NCBI GenBank assembly: GCA_964514305.1
Contig: CAZEQD010000001.1
Location: 27,181-91,180, forward strand
Source of the DNA: an uncultured Eubacteriales bacterium
GTDB lineage: Bacteria; Acidobacteriota; Aminicenantia; Aminicenantales; Aminicenantaceae
DNA: 64,000 bases
Reading direction: 5' to 3'
In this document: positions 1 through 8,600 of the stretch, in pieces
Layout of the letters: the number at the start of each line of letters is the position of its first letter
Position numbering within the stretch: position 1 is the stretch's first letter
Position numbers and translations under genes: made by a program
Notes under the pieces: generated by a model
The model's database searches: none
What the model was told of the DNA's origin: nothing
The model's input: only the letters and a program-made list of their open reading frames with translations

Positions 1-1282
1 CATCACTAAAGTCGAGCTTAATGCCATCTATGGTCTCTACATTGATGACCTTTCTTCCGGCAAATTTAAGTGGAGGGTTCTTTATCAGCTTTTTTAGTTT
101 TGTTTCATTAGTGGGAGTCAAGCGTATGGTCTTTTGTTTGCCAACCCTTTTTCCATATTTTTGGAATAATTCTTTGATTTGCTGAGATAGGCTTTTTCCT
201 GTAGCTGCTATCATTTCAGCCACTAACAAACCAGCATAAATACCGTCTTTTTCGGGAAGATGATCTTTGATAGCTAAACAGGCACTTTCTTCTCCTCCAA
301 AAATTATCTTTTTCTTTAAAAAGAGATCAGCTAAATATTTAAATCCTACGGGAGTTTTATAAAGGGGGAGATCAAAGCGGCGGGCGATCCGATCGACTAG
401 GTGAGTGGTAGCCACTGAGCGGGCTATTCCTCCTCGCCATTTTTTATGGGTCATAATATAATCTAATAATAAAGAAAGAATTAAGTTTTGAATAATAAAA
501 TTTCCTTTTTCGTCAACCACTCCAAACCGATCTCCATCAGCGTCAGTAGCGATTCCCAGCTGACATTTTTTCTCCTGAATAATAGCTTTTAATTCTCTCA
601 GATTTTCCTCAGAACAAGAGGGGGTAATACCTCCGAAATAAGGGTCGATATAACCATGGATTTCTTCTACTGGCACTTGGTTTTCTTCAAGAATTTCGTC
701 CAGATATTCACGGCTCGTGCCGTAAAGCAAATCCACGGCAATCTTAATTTTTGATTTTCTTATTAAGCTAAAGTTGATTTTATTTTGAATGTAATTCAGA
801 TAGTCTAATTGAAGATCTATTTTTTCAATAAATTCTCCCTTTGGATAGTAAGGGCAAAAAGAACCTCCTTTGGCTAAAAGTTTTACTTCTTTTTCTATTT
901 TGTCAGTTATTTGGGGTAGAGCGGGAGCTCCTGTGGCTGTATTAAATTTGAGACCATTATATTCAGGCGGGTTAAAAGAGGCCGTAAAATTTATTCCGCC
1001 ATGAGTTTTTCTTTTTATTATTTGGTAAGCTTGTGCTTGGGAAGGGGCGTCTCTATCAGTCAGGTAGACATGAATTTGGTTATGAGATAATACTTTAGCT
1101 GCTTCATTTGCATATCTTTCTGATAAAAACCTGGTATCGTAATTGACAATGAGGGATAGTTTTTGCTCTGGATATTTTTTTTTAAGATAATTGGCGATTG
1201 CCTGAACTACCAATCTTACGTTCTGGAAAGTAAATTCTTCTCCCATCACCGCTCGCCAGCCAGAAGTACCAAATCTTATCAT
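1..1282 (-). CDS. Phosphoglucomutase/phosphomannomutase family protein (alpha-D-phosphohexomutase), 3' end beyond window start
   Basis: Reverse-strand translation from ATG at 1282 gives MIRFGTSGWRAVMGEEF..., then a TASFNP Ser-loop variant and a GGEESAC domain-III motif. No track ORF because it runs off the window edge. Confidence 0.8.
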   Translation of the reverse strand, partial: MIRFGTSGWRAVMGEEFTFQNVRLVVQAIANYLKKKYPEQKLSLIVNYDTRFLSERYANEAAKVLSHNQIHVYLTDRDAPSQAQAYQIIKRKTHGGINFTASFNPPEYNGLKFNTATGAPALPQITDKIEKEVKLLAKGGSFCPYYPKGEFIEKIDLQLDYLNYIQNKINFSLIRKSKIKIAVDLLYGTSREYLDEILEENQVPVEEIHGYIDPYFGGITPSCSEENLRELKAIIQEKKCQLGIATDADGDRFGVVDEKGNFIIQNLILSLLLDYIMTHKKWRGGIARSVATTHLVDRIARRFDLPLYKTPVGFKYLADLFLKKKIIFGGEESACLAIKDHLPEKDGIYAGLLVAEMIAATGKSLSQQIKELFQKYGKRVGKQKTIRLTPTNETKLKKLIKNPPLKFAGRKVINVETIDGIKLDFSD

Positions 1283-1339
1283 TTCTTTTTTCAAAATTAA
1301 CACAAGAAAAGTTGAAAAGCAACCTGTGGTTTTAACTAG

Positions 1340-1408
1340 GTGAAGAGTTAACGTTGAGAAGTAAAGGATTTAAAGTATAAAGTTTAAAGTTGAAAGTAAA
1401 GAAATGAA
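1340..1408. repeat. Phased 7-nt periodic repeat array (gtgaaga gttaacg ... gtttaaa gttgaaa gtaaaga), about 10 heptads
   Basis: Constant 7-nt phase of GT-initiated, A-rich heptamers. Same motif family as the array at 10166-10280. Confidence 0.6.
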
Positions 1409-1425
1409 ACGAATACAACGTGTAG

Positions 1426-1466
1426 GGCCCGCTGTCCTCAGCGGGCCGCTTTAATTATTTTTTATG
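1426..1466 (+). terminator. Rho-independent terminator-like hairpin (9-bp GC stem ggcccgctg/cagcgggcc, 4-nt loop) followed by a T-rich tract
   Basis: Perfect 9-bp GC-rich stem at 1426-1434/1439-1447, then gctttaattattttttatgtttattttttt. There is no upstream + strand CDS, so it may terminate a small transcript coming from the heptad region. Confidence 0.5.
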
Positions 1467-1575
1467 TTTATTTTTTTGCCGTTTCATTTTTACTTTTTTT
1501 TGGTTATTATTATTTTTTAAAAGGTTAATAAGAAATTAAATAATGAGATTTTGACTAAAATCAGGGAAAAAAAGG

Positions 1576-2505
1576 GTGGAAGAAATGAGAGCTCTTGAAG
1601 TAGAGAATGTTTCTAAGAAATTTGGCGACTTTTATGCTGTTAAAAATCTGACTTTCAACATTCAGCAAGGAGTTATCTACGGCTTACTGGGTCCCAATGG
1701 GGCAGGTAAAACTACGACCATCCGCATGGTCATGAATATTATTCTTCCTGATGAAGGCAGGATAAATGTTCTGGGCCACAAGATGGATGAGGCCATGAAG
1801 TCCAGAGTTGGATATCTTCCTGAAGATAGAGGGCTTTATCCTAAAATGAAGGTAGGAGAACTTCTCCTTTTCCTTGCCGAATTGAAAGGAATGAAAAGGA
1901 ATGAATCTCTAAAGAGGATTGATTATTGGCTAGAAAGATTTGATCTGGCTCCCTGGCATTCTAAAAAAGTAGAAGAACTTTCCAGGGGAATGCAGCAGAA
2001 ATTACAGTTTATTGTGACCGTTATTCATCAGCCTCAATTGATAATTTTAGATGAGCCTTTTGCTGGGTTAGACCCGGTTAATACCAAATTGTTGAAAGAT
2101 ATAATGCTGGAAATGAAAAAAGAAGGAAGAACAGTTATCTTTTCCACCCATCGGATGGAGCAGGTAGAGATGATCTGTGACAATATTTGTCTTATTAACA
2201 AGGCTGAAAAGATCTTGGAAGGTAGTCTAAATAGCATCAAAAAGCAGTACGGTAAAAATACTGTTATCGTTGATTATGAAGGAGAGATAAGCTTCATCAG
2301 GAACTACTCTTATATTGATAGGCTGGATGATTATGGGAAGTCAGTCGAAATCAGGCTGCAGGAAGAAGCTGATACTCAGCTTCTTCTTCAGGATTTAGCC
2401 AGCAAAGTTAGGATTAATAAATTTGAAGTAAGAGAACCAAGCCTGAATGCTATTTTTATCCAAATAGTTGGAGAGAAAGGTGAAAAAAGTCCTATCAGTC
2501 ATTAA
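1576..2505 (+). CDS. ABC transporter ATP-binding protein (ABC-2 type exporter ATPase)
   Basis: Walker A GPNGAGKTT, ABC signature LSRGMQQKL, Walker B LIILDEPFAGLD. GTG start; ATG at 1585 is an alternative. Confidence 0.9.
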   Translation: MEEMRALEVENVSKKFGDFYAVKNLTFNIQQGVIYGLLGPNGAGKTTTIRMVMNIILPDEGRINVLGHKMDEAMKSRVGYLPEDRGLYPKMKVGELLLFLAELKGMKRNESLKRIDYWLERFDLAPWHSKKVEELSRGMQQKLQFIVTVIHQPQLIILDEPFAGLDPVNTKLLKDIMLEMKKEGRTVIFSTHRMEQVEMICDNICLINKAEKILEGSLNSIKKQYGKNTVIVDYEGEISFIRNYSYIDRLDDYGKSVEIRLQEEADTQLLLQDLASKVRINKFEVREPSLNAIFIQIVGEKGEKSPISH

Positions 2506-3754
2506 AAGAGAATATTTGCAGATAGTAAGAACTAAAGGTTTCATCATTGCTACTATTCTTGGCCCTATCCTGATTGCTTCCTTTATTTTTATTCCTATTC
2601 TGGTCTCAGTAGTTTCTGTTGGCCAGCAGGAGCGAATTGGCATAGTTGATATGAGTCAAACTGTTTTTGAAGCTTTGGATAAAAAACTTGATTATAAATT
2701 GAAAGACGGCCGTCGCCGCTATCTTCTTCAAAAATTTCAGATTTCTCAGAATCCTCAATACTGGCGGTCAGAACTAAACCAGAAAGTTCTGGAAAAGGAA
2801 TTATCTGCTTATGTTTATATCCCTTTTGATATTCTGGAAGTAGGCGAAGCTGAGTATGTTTCCCAGCATGTTTCTGATTTTGATAAATTAAAAGACATTC
2901 ATCAGGCTTTGACCAATGTTGTGGTCGAGAAAAGACTGCTAAAGGAAGGCCTGGATCCAGCCAAAATAGCTCGCTATATTAAAGGGGTTAAATTAAAAAC
3001 TATTAAGATAACCAAAAGGGGGGAAGAGGAAGAGACTGGAGGCACATTTATTATTTCATATTTGCTGGTTATCATTCTTTACATGACTCTTTTCTTCTAT
3101 GGAGCAGCCATTATGCGAGGAGTTATTGAAGAAAAGAATTCTAGAGTAGTAGAGATTGTCCTCTCCTCTTTAAAACCTTTCCAACTCATGGTCGGAAAAA
3201 TTTTAGGGATTGGAGCTGTGGGCTTTACCCAATATGCCATCTGGGCTCTTTTCGGTTTCTTGGCTTCCCGTTACAGCCAATCCCTGATAGCTTCTTTTGT
3301 TCCGGCTGCTTCGAGTTTTAAACTGCCGAGTATTCCTGCTTACATTTTTATTTATTTTGTTATTTTCTTCATCCTGGGCTATTTCCTTTATGGCACTTTT
3401 TACGCTGCGATTGGTTCTATGGTTAATTCCGAAAAAGAGGCTCAGCAACTTCTTTTCCCAGTGACTATGTTTTTAGTTGTTCCTGTCCTTCTTATGATGT
3501 ATGTCATAAGAAGCCCTAACAGTCCGCTGGCTATAAGTTTATCTTTAGTTCCTTTTTTTGCTCCCATTTTAATGTTGCTCCGCATTTGTATATTGCTTCC
3601 TCCTTTCCTTCAGGTAGGCAGTTCTGTTTTAATCCTTGTTTTAACCATCTTTTTTATGGTTTGGCTTACTGCCAAAATTTACAGGGTAGGAATTCTTATG
3701 TATGGCAAGCGCCCCGGTTTTAGAGAGATTGTTAAATGGATTCGTTATAAATGA
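2468..3754 (+). CDS. ABC-2 family transporter permease
   Basis: Overlaps and is coupled to the upstream ATPase. N-terminal TM segment, a large extracytoplasmic loop, then a multi-span hydrophobic C-terminal half. TTG/GTG start is uncertain. Confidence 0.75.
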   Translation: MERKVKKVLSVIKREYLQIVRTKGFIIATILGPILIASFIFIPILVSVVSVGQQERIGIVDMSQTVFEALDKKLDYKLKDGRRRYLLQKFQISQNPQYWRSELNQKVLEKELSAYVYIPFDILEVGEAEYVSQHVSDFDKLKDIHQALTNVVVEKRLLKEGLDPAKIARYIKGVKLKTIKITKRGEEEETGGTFIISYLLVIILYMTLFFYGAAIMRGVIEEKNSRVVEIVLSSLKPFQLMVGKILGIGAVGFTQYAIWALFGFLASRYSQSLIASFVPAASSFKLPSIPAYIFIYFVIFFILGYFLYGTFYAAIGSMVNSEKEAQQLLFPVTMFLVVPVLLMMYVIRSPNSPLAISLSLVPFFAPILMLLRICILLPPFLQVGSSVLILVLTIFFMVWLTAKIYRVGILMYGKRPGFREIVKWIRYK

Positions 3755-3924
3755 AGGGCAGCTTCTTTCAAGGAGTGATTGATAGCTTTAGCAGATTTTA
3801 TTCATAGATTTTTAAACTTGAAAGCCAAGGAATGTAATTTGATTTGAAGACTTCTCTTAATATTTTTTTCATGGCCTGCTCGTAACCTAGAACAAGAAGG
3901 CTTTTTAAAAGAAAGGAGAGGGAA

Positions 3925-5583
3925 ATGAAAGCTACTCTGGCTCAACTCAATCCAACTATTGGTGACATTGAAGGTAACTTGGCCAAGATTGAAAAAGCCT
4001 TATCTTTGGCTCAAGCTGATTCACCGGACCTGGTAATTTTCCCGGAACTTTTTCTGGTTGGCTATCCTCCGCGAGACCTTCTGGAGAGAAGCTTTTTCAT
4101 TGAAAGAAGTCAACAAGCTGTTAGAAAGCTGACCAGAATTTCAACTAAGTATCCTCGGATAGGGATTTTAATGGGTGCTCCTTGGCCTACTGGCCAGAGG
4201 ACAGGCAAGGGTCTTTTTAATTCTGCCCTCCTAATTTATCAAGGCCAAATAATTGGGCATCAGTATAAATCTTTGCTGCCCAACTATGATGTTTTTGATG
4301 AAGAAAGATACTTTGATCCTGCTCCAGAGATTAATATTATCTCTTTCAAAGGTGAAAAACTGGGCCTTTCTATCTGCGAGGATGCCTGGAATGACCCTGA
4401 ATTGTGGCTTCACCGTTATTATCCTTTTAATCCAATGGAAATTTTAGCCAAGAAGGGGGCTACCGTTTTTATTAATATTTCAGCTTCTCCTTTTTGTATA
4501 GGAAAAGAAGAAATTCGATATCGTATTATCAAAACTCATGCCAGCAAACATAAAATTCCTTTTCTTTTTGTTAATCAAATAGGCGGCAACGATGAGTTAA
4601 TTTTTGATGGTCGGAGCATGAGTTGTGATAAGGCAGGAAATTTCATCAAGGTCTTTCCCTCATTCAGAGAGTACGTAGAAACAGTTGATTTGAGCCAAGA
4701 GGGCAGAACTGGGCATTATCATCCCCAAGAAAAAATTGAAAGTGTTTGTCAAGCTTTGATTCTGGGTGTTCGAGATTATATGAAAAAATGTGGATTTTCA
4801 AAGGCAGTTTTAGGCCTGTCAGGAGGGATTGATTCGGCCTTAACTTGCTGTTTGGTTACGGAAGCTATAGGCAGAGAAAATGTCCTGGGCGTTTCTATGC
4901 CCGGTCCTTATTCTTCTCCAGGGAGTATTGAAGATTCTAAGCAACTTGCTAAAAATCTGGGCATAAAGTTTAGGGTAATCCCCATTTCTGAAATATTTTA
5001 CTCTTATCTTGAAACTTTACGGAATCATTTCCGAGGACGGAAGGAAGACATTACTGAAGAAAATATCCAGGCCAGGATAAGAGGCAATATTTTAATGGCT
5101 CTTTCTAATAAATTTGGTTATCTGGTTCTCTCCAGCGGCAATAAAAGCGAACTGGCTGTTGGCTATTGTACTTTATATGGCGATATGAGCGGAGGCTTGG
5201 CTGTGATTTCTGATGTACCTAAAACAATGGTCTATGAGTTGGCTGCTTATATCAACAGAAAAAAGAAAATAATTCCTGAAATAATAATAAAGAAGCCGCC
5301 ATCAGCGGAGCTTAAGCCTGACCAAAAAGACCAAGATACTCTGCCTCCTTATGAAATCCTCGACCAGATCCTTTATTATTATGTCGACAAAGGCTATTCT
5401 CTTCAAGATTTACTCGATCTAAAATATGACCCGGAAACAGTTAAATGGGTTATCCAGTCTGTTGATAGAAACGAGTATAAAAGAAGGCAAGCTCCTCCTG
5501 GATTAAAAGTAACCAGTAAAGCTTTTGGTATGGGGAGGAGAATGGTTATTGCGGCCAAATACAATGCTGAGGCTAATTTATAA
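3925..5583 (+). CDS. nadE: Glutamine-dependent NAD+ synthetase (N-terminal CN-hydrolase domain + C-terminal NAD synthetase domain)
   Basis: 552 aa. Nitrilase-like N-terminus (KATLAQLNPTIGD..., catalytic LSICED). C-terminal PP-loop SGGIDS and a GYxxLSSGNKSE motif. RBS aggagagggaaATG. Confidence 0.9.
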   Translation: MKATLAQLNPTIGDIEGNLAKIEKALSLAQADSPDLVIFPELFLVGYPPRDLLERSFFIERSQQAVRKLTRISTKYPRIGILMGAPWPTGQRTGKGLFNSALLIYQGQIIGHQYKSLLPNYDVFDEERYFDPAPEINIISFKGEKLGLSICEDAWNDPELWLHRYYPFNPMEILAKKGATVFINISASPFCIGKEEIRYRIIKTHASKHKIPFLFVNQIGGNDELIFDGRSMSCDKAGNFIKVFPSFREYVETVDLSQEGRTGHYHPQEKIESVCQALILGVRDYMKKCGFSKAVLGLSGGIDSALTCCLVTEAIGRENVLGVSMPGPYSSPGSIEDSKQLAKNLGIKFRVIPISEIFYSYLETLRNHFRGRKEDITEENIQARIRGNILMALSNKFGYLVLSSGNKSELAVGYCTLYGDMSGGLAVISDVPKTMVYELAAYINRKKKIIPEIIIKKPPSAELKPDQKDQDTLPPYEILDQILYYYVDKGYSLQDLLDLKYDPETVKWVIQSVDRNEYKRRQAPPGLKVTSKAFGMGRRMVIAAKYNAEANL

Positions 5584-5720
5584 ATATCTTTGCCTAAAAT
5601 TAATTATTTGTCTAAAGTGAACCTTTTCTATGATTCTGCCGTAGAAAACTTTGAAGTTTAAATAGCAGGTAGAATCATGAAGAATATCATCTCTTTCTCA
5701 TTTGGCTTGGAAGAACGGAG

Positions 5721-6332
5721 TTGTTAAGCCAATTTGCAGGAAAGGAACTTCAAGAACTGAGAATGGGAAAAAAGACACCAGGCGAAAAAGTGGATACCTA
5801 TGTGCTTTTGGAAAAAATAAAACAAGGAGATAGAGAAGCTTTTATGACACTTACGGCTCTATATCAGAGGAAGGTCTTTTTATTAGCCTTTTCTTTTTTT
5901 CATAACAGAGAAGATGCCTTGGATGTTGTTCAAGAAACATTCCTTCGTTTATATCAGAAACTGGATATGTTTAAGCTAGGAAAAAATTTTCAAAATTGGC
6001 TGCTCCAGATCACTAAAAATATATGTATTGATTATTACAGGAGAAATTATGGAAAAAAGAACATATATGAGAAAAACAAGGAGTTAGAAGTATTGCCTTT
6101 GGTGAACAATGATAATGCTTTTACTTCTTTAGATTTGAAATCTATCTTTTCCCGCTGTTTGCAGAAGTTAACAGCCAAACAGCGGATGATTTTTGTCATG
6201 AAACATTACAATCAATTTAAATATAGGGAGATTGCCCAAATTTTAAATATTTCCTTAGGGACTGTAAAATCACTTCATTTCAAAGCTGTGCAAAACATGA
6301 AAAAGCAGATCAGTCCTTATTTGGAGAGATGA
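5721..6332 (+). CDS. RNA polymerase sigma-70 factor, ECF subfamily
   Basis: Region-2-like segment ETFLRLYQKL, region-4 HTH IAQILNISLGTVKSLHFKA. The real start may be the internal Met at 5763. Confidence 0.85.
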   Translation: MLSQFAGKELQELRMGKKTPGEKVDTYVLLEKIKQGDREAFMTLTALYQRKVFLLAFSFFHNREDALDVVQETFLRLYQKLDMFKLGKNFQNWLLQITKNICIDYYRRNYGKKNIYEKNKELEVLPLVNNDNAFTSLDLKSIFSRCLQKLTAKQRMIFVMKHYNQFKYREIAQILNISLGTVKSLHFKAVQNMKKQISPYLER

Positions 6333-7141
6333 AAATGAAGGGATGTAAAAAATATAAGAAAGAAATGGTGGATTTCCTCAGCCAAGAGCTTCCAGAGGAA
6401 AAGAGAAGGATGTTAGCTGCTCACCTTAATCAGTGCTCCCTTTGCCGGCAAGAATTTAATAGGTTAAAACAGTTTATGGAGGCAGCCAATTCCTTTCAGT
6501 CTGACATTGATCGGGTTATGGCTACGGTGGATTGGGAAAATCTGGCGCCAGAGATAACAGAGTTTGTTTATCAGAAAAAGGCATCCCTAGATAAAAAGAA
6601 AAGGGAGAAAAGGTGGTTTTCTTATCTTTTTCAGCCTGGATTGAGGCCAGTTTATGCTGGGGTGTTGATTGGTATCTTAATCGGCGCCTTGGCTACTTTG
6701 TTCATCTTCAGGCTTTCTTTGGTCAAGACTACAGGAAGAGGGGAAGTTTTAGTTTCTCCCAGGTTTTTGGAGAAAGCAGAATTGGAAATTGCTAGAAGGG
6801 AAACTCTTGATTATCTGGACAGAAGCCAATATCTGTTGTTAGATTTTGTCCAAACGCCGCCTGAAAAAGGACAGAAATTCTGGAAAAGTGAATATGTCTA
6901 TCAAAAAGCTAAAGACCTTCTTTCCCAGAAAAAATATATCAATCCTCAGTTGCGAAAGTTCAGGATGGCTAAAGCTAAAGAGATTTGTGACCAGATTGAA
7001 CTTCTTTTTTATGAACTGATGCAAATGAATGACCACCTCTCAGCCGAAGAGCTGCAAAGAATCCAGGGATTGATTGAAAAAAAACAGCTCCTGCTCAAAA
7101 TAAAATTATTGCAGAAAGAACTTAAAGAAAGTGAGGTTTAA
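6329..7141 (+). CDS. Putative anti-sigma factor (zf-HC2 zinc finger, single TM)
   Basis: ATGA overlap with the sigma factor gene. HLNQCSLCRQEF matches the H-x3-C-x2-C anti-sigma zinc-finger pattern. One TM segment (VYAGVLIGILIGALATLFIF). Confidence 0.6.
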   Translation: MKMKGCKKYKKEMVDFLSQELPEEKRRMLAAHLNQCSLCRQEFNRLKQFMEAANSFQSDIDRVMATVDWENLAPEITEFVYQKKASLDKKKREKRWFSYLFQPGLRPVYAGVLIGILIGALATLFIFRLSLVKTTGRGEVLVSPRFLEKAELEIARRETLDYLDRSQYLLLDFVQTPPEKGQKFWKSEYVYQKAKDLLSQKKYINPQLRKFRMAKAKEICDQIELLFYELMQMNDHLSAEELQRIQGLIEKKQLLLKIKLLQKELKESEV

Positions 7142-7988
7142 AGTGAAAAAAATAATAATTATCAATTTTATAATTTTGTTCCTAGCCTCATTCTCTCTTC
7201 AGGTTCATAGCCAGATCCGGCCAGATGAAAAGATTTTCCAGGATGCTAAGATTCTTATTTTTGATGAAAAATGGGAAAGTGCCCAGAAAAAGCTGGAAGA
7301 GTTAATTAGTAAATATCCTCAGAGTCCCTGGAGGGCTCAAGCCGTCTTTTATAAAGCTAAATGCTTGGAAGAGCAGGAAGGAAAAGAGGAGGGGGCTTTA
7401 GCCGCATATAAGGAGTTTCTTAAGCTTGAGTCTGATCAGCAGAGCCTGAGAGAAGATGCAGAAGTTTCTATTATTGACTTGGCCTCCGAGCTTTATCAAA
7501 AAGGGAAAAAGTCTTATCTAGGAGAAATCGAAAAGAGGTTAGCCAGCTCCAATAAAGTAGTAAGATATTATGCTGCTTTTGAATTAAGTTATGCAAAAGA
7601 CAAGAAAGTAGCGGTTGAGGGGATTCCGGTTCTAAAGGAGATTTTAGCTCAGGAGAAGGATCCTAGACTCAGAGATAGAGCCAAGATCGCTTTGCTCCGC
7701 ATTAATCCCGACACTCTTCAAGACATTGAAGAGGAAAGCTATCGAAATCAGGCTAGGATATTAAAAATCAGAGTTTACGAAAAGCCGCAAAAAAAACTGA
7801 AGCTTTCTTTAAATATCCCCTGGGCACTGGCTGATCTAGCTCTGGGAGCAATTCCTGCAGAAGAAAAGGCTTTGATGTGCCAAAAAGGCTATGATTTGGA
7901 TAAGATTATCCACGAATTAACCAGAATAAAAGGAAATATTATCGAAATTGAAGGTGAAGAGATAATTATTAAAATGTGGATAGATTAA
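7131..7988 (+). CDS. Secreted hypothetical protein with TPR-like/HEAT-like repeats
   Basis: Signal peptide (IIIINFIILFLASFSLQVHSQ), helical repeat composition, PRLRDRAKIAL HEAT-like motif. Coupled to the anti-sigma gene. Confidence 0.5.
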   Translation: MRFKVKKIIIINFIILFLASFSLQVHSQIRPDEKIFQDAKILIFDEKWESAQKKLEELISKYPQSPWRAQAVFYKAKCLEEQEGKEEGALAAYKEFLKLESDQQSLREDAEVSIIDLASELYQKGKKSYLGEIEKRLASSNKVVRYYAAFELSYAKDKKVAVEGIPVLKEILAQEKDPRLRDRAKIALLRINPDTLQDIEEESYRNQARILKIRVYEKPQKKLKLSLNIPWALADLALGAIPAEEKALMCQKGYDLDKIIHELTRIKGNIIEIEGEEIIIKMWID

Positions 7989-8000
7989 AGGAGGTAATAA

Positions 8001-8387
8001 ATGAAAAAAGCCGCATTTTTGATTGTCATCATTTTATCAGTAACTCTTATTTTAGCTGCTGTCCTTTTAGCTGAGAGAAATGTCGATCTTCAAACCATTA
8101 AAAAGGCTGTCAAGTCCAATCCTGCTTATGAAAAGGGCCGCGAAGTGAAGTGGATTAAGCTTTTGATTACTGATAATAAAACAAAAAAAGATAAAGTTAG
8201 AATTACTTTGCCTCTTTCTTTAGTAGAAACTTTTCTAAAATGTGCTAAAGATAAACCCCTGAGAATTCATAACGAGGAATGTGATCTTGATCTCAAAGCC
8301 CTTTTGGCTGAACTCAAGAAACTGGGGCCGACAGCCCTGATTGAAGTCTATGAAGAGGATGAGACAGTAAAAATCTGGTTGGAATAG
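8001..8387 (+). CDS. Hypothetical membrane-anchored/secreted small protein
   Basis: RBS aaaggaggtaataaATG. N-terminal hydrophobic segment. No recognisable domain. Confidence 0.4.
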   Translation: MKKAAFLIVIILSVTLILAAVLLAERNVDLQTIKKAVKSNPAYEKGREVKWIKLLITDNKTKKDKVRITLPLSLVETFLKCAKDKPLRIHNEECDLDLKALLAELKKLGPTALIEVYEEDETVKIWLE

Positions 8388-8411
8388 GGAAAAAAATTTA
8401 GCTGGAAATAA

Positions 8412-8446
8412 GGGGAAATGGAGGAATTTTCCATTTCCCCTTTTTA
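8412..8446 (+). terminator. Rho-independent terminator (11-bp stem ggggaaatgga/tccatttcccc + TTTTT)
   Basis: Perfect 11-bp stem, 7-nt loop, immediately followed by tttttat. Ends the ECF-sigma operon. Confidence 0.75.
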
Positions 8447-8548
8447 TATTGTCTTTATTTCCACGAAAGAGGCCATAACCTTACCTTGTTTGCCTGGATC
8501 AGCTCTCCTTTCCAGTCATTAAAATAAAGATACTTTATACTTTTGTAA

Positions 8549-8577
8549 TTGACAAATTATGTTGTTGCTTGAATAAT
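8549..8577 (+). promoter_or_regulatory. Sigma-70-like promoter (TTGACA-17 bp-AATAAT) upstream of the citrate-module operon
   Basis: TTGACA at 8549-8554, 17-nt spacer, AATAAT at 8572-8577. RBS aagga about 7 nt before ATG 8601. Confidence 0.4.
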
Positions 8578-8600
8578 ATTAGGGCTTAAGGAAACTTTAA

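Noticed and set aside
2034-2240. Numerous short antisense or overlapping ORFs in the track (for example 2034-2240-, 4231-4413, 9186-9614-, 12761-13027-, 14620-15051-, 28935-29282-, 35126-35662+, 43842-44252+, 53137-53628, 60110-60562-, 62642-63010-)
   Set aside because: Each is embedded in, and out of frame with, a long ORF with clear homology and motifs. They are shadow ORFs.
5628-5681. Imperfect inverted repeat ctatgattctgcc...ggtagaatcat after nadE as a terminator
   Set aside because: The stem has a mismatch, the loop is about 28 nt, and no T-tract follows. It is too weak to call.
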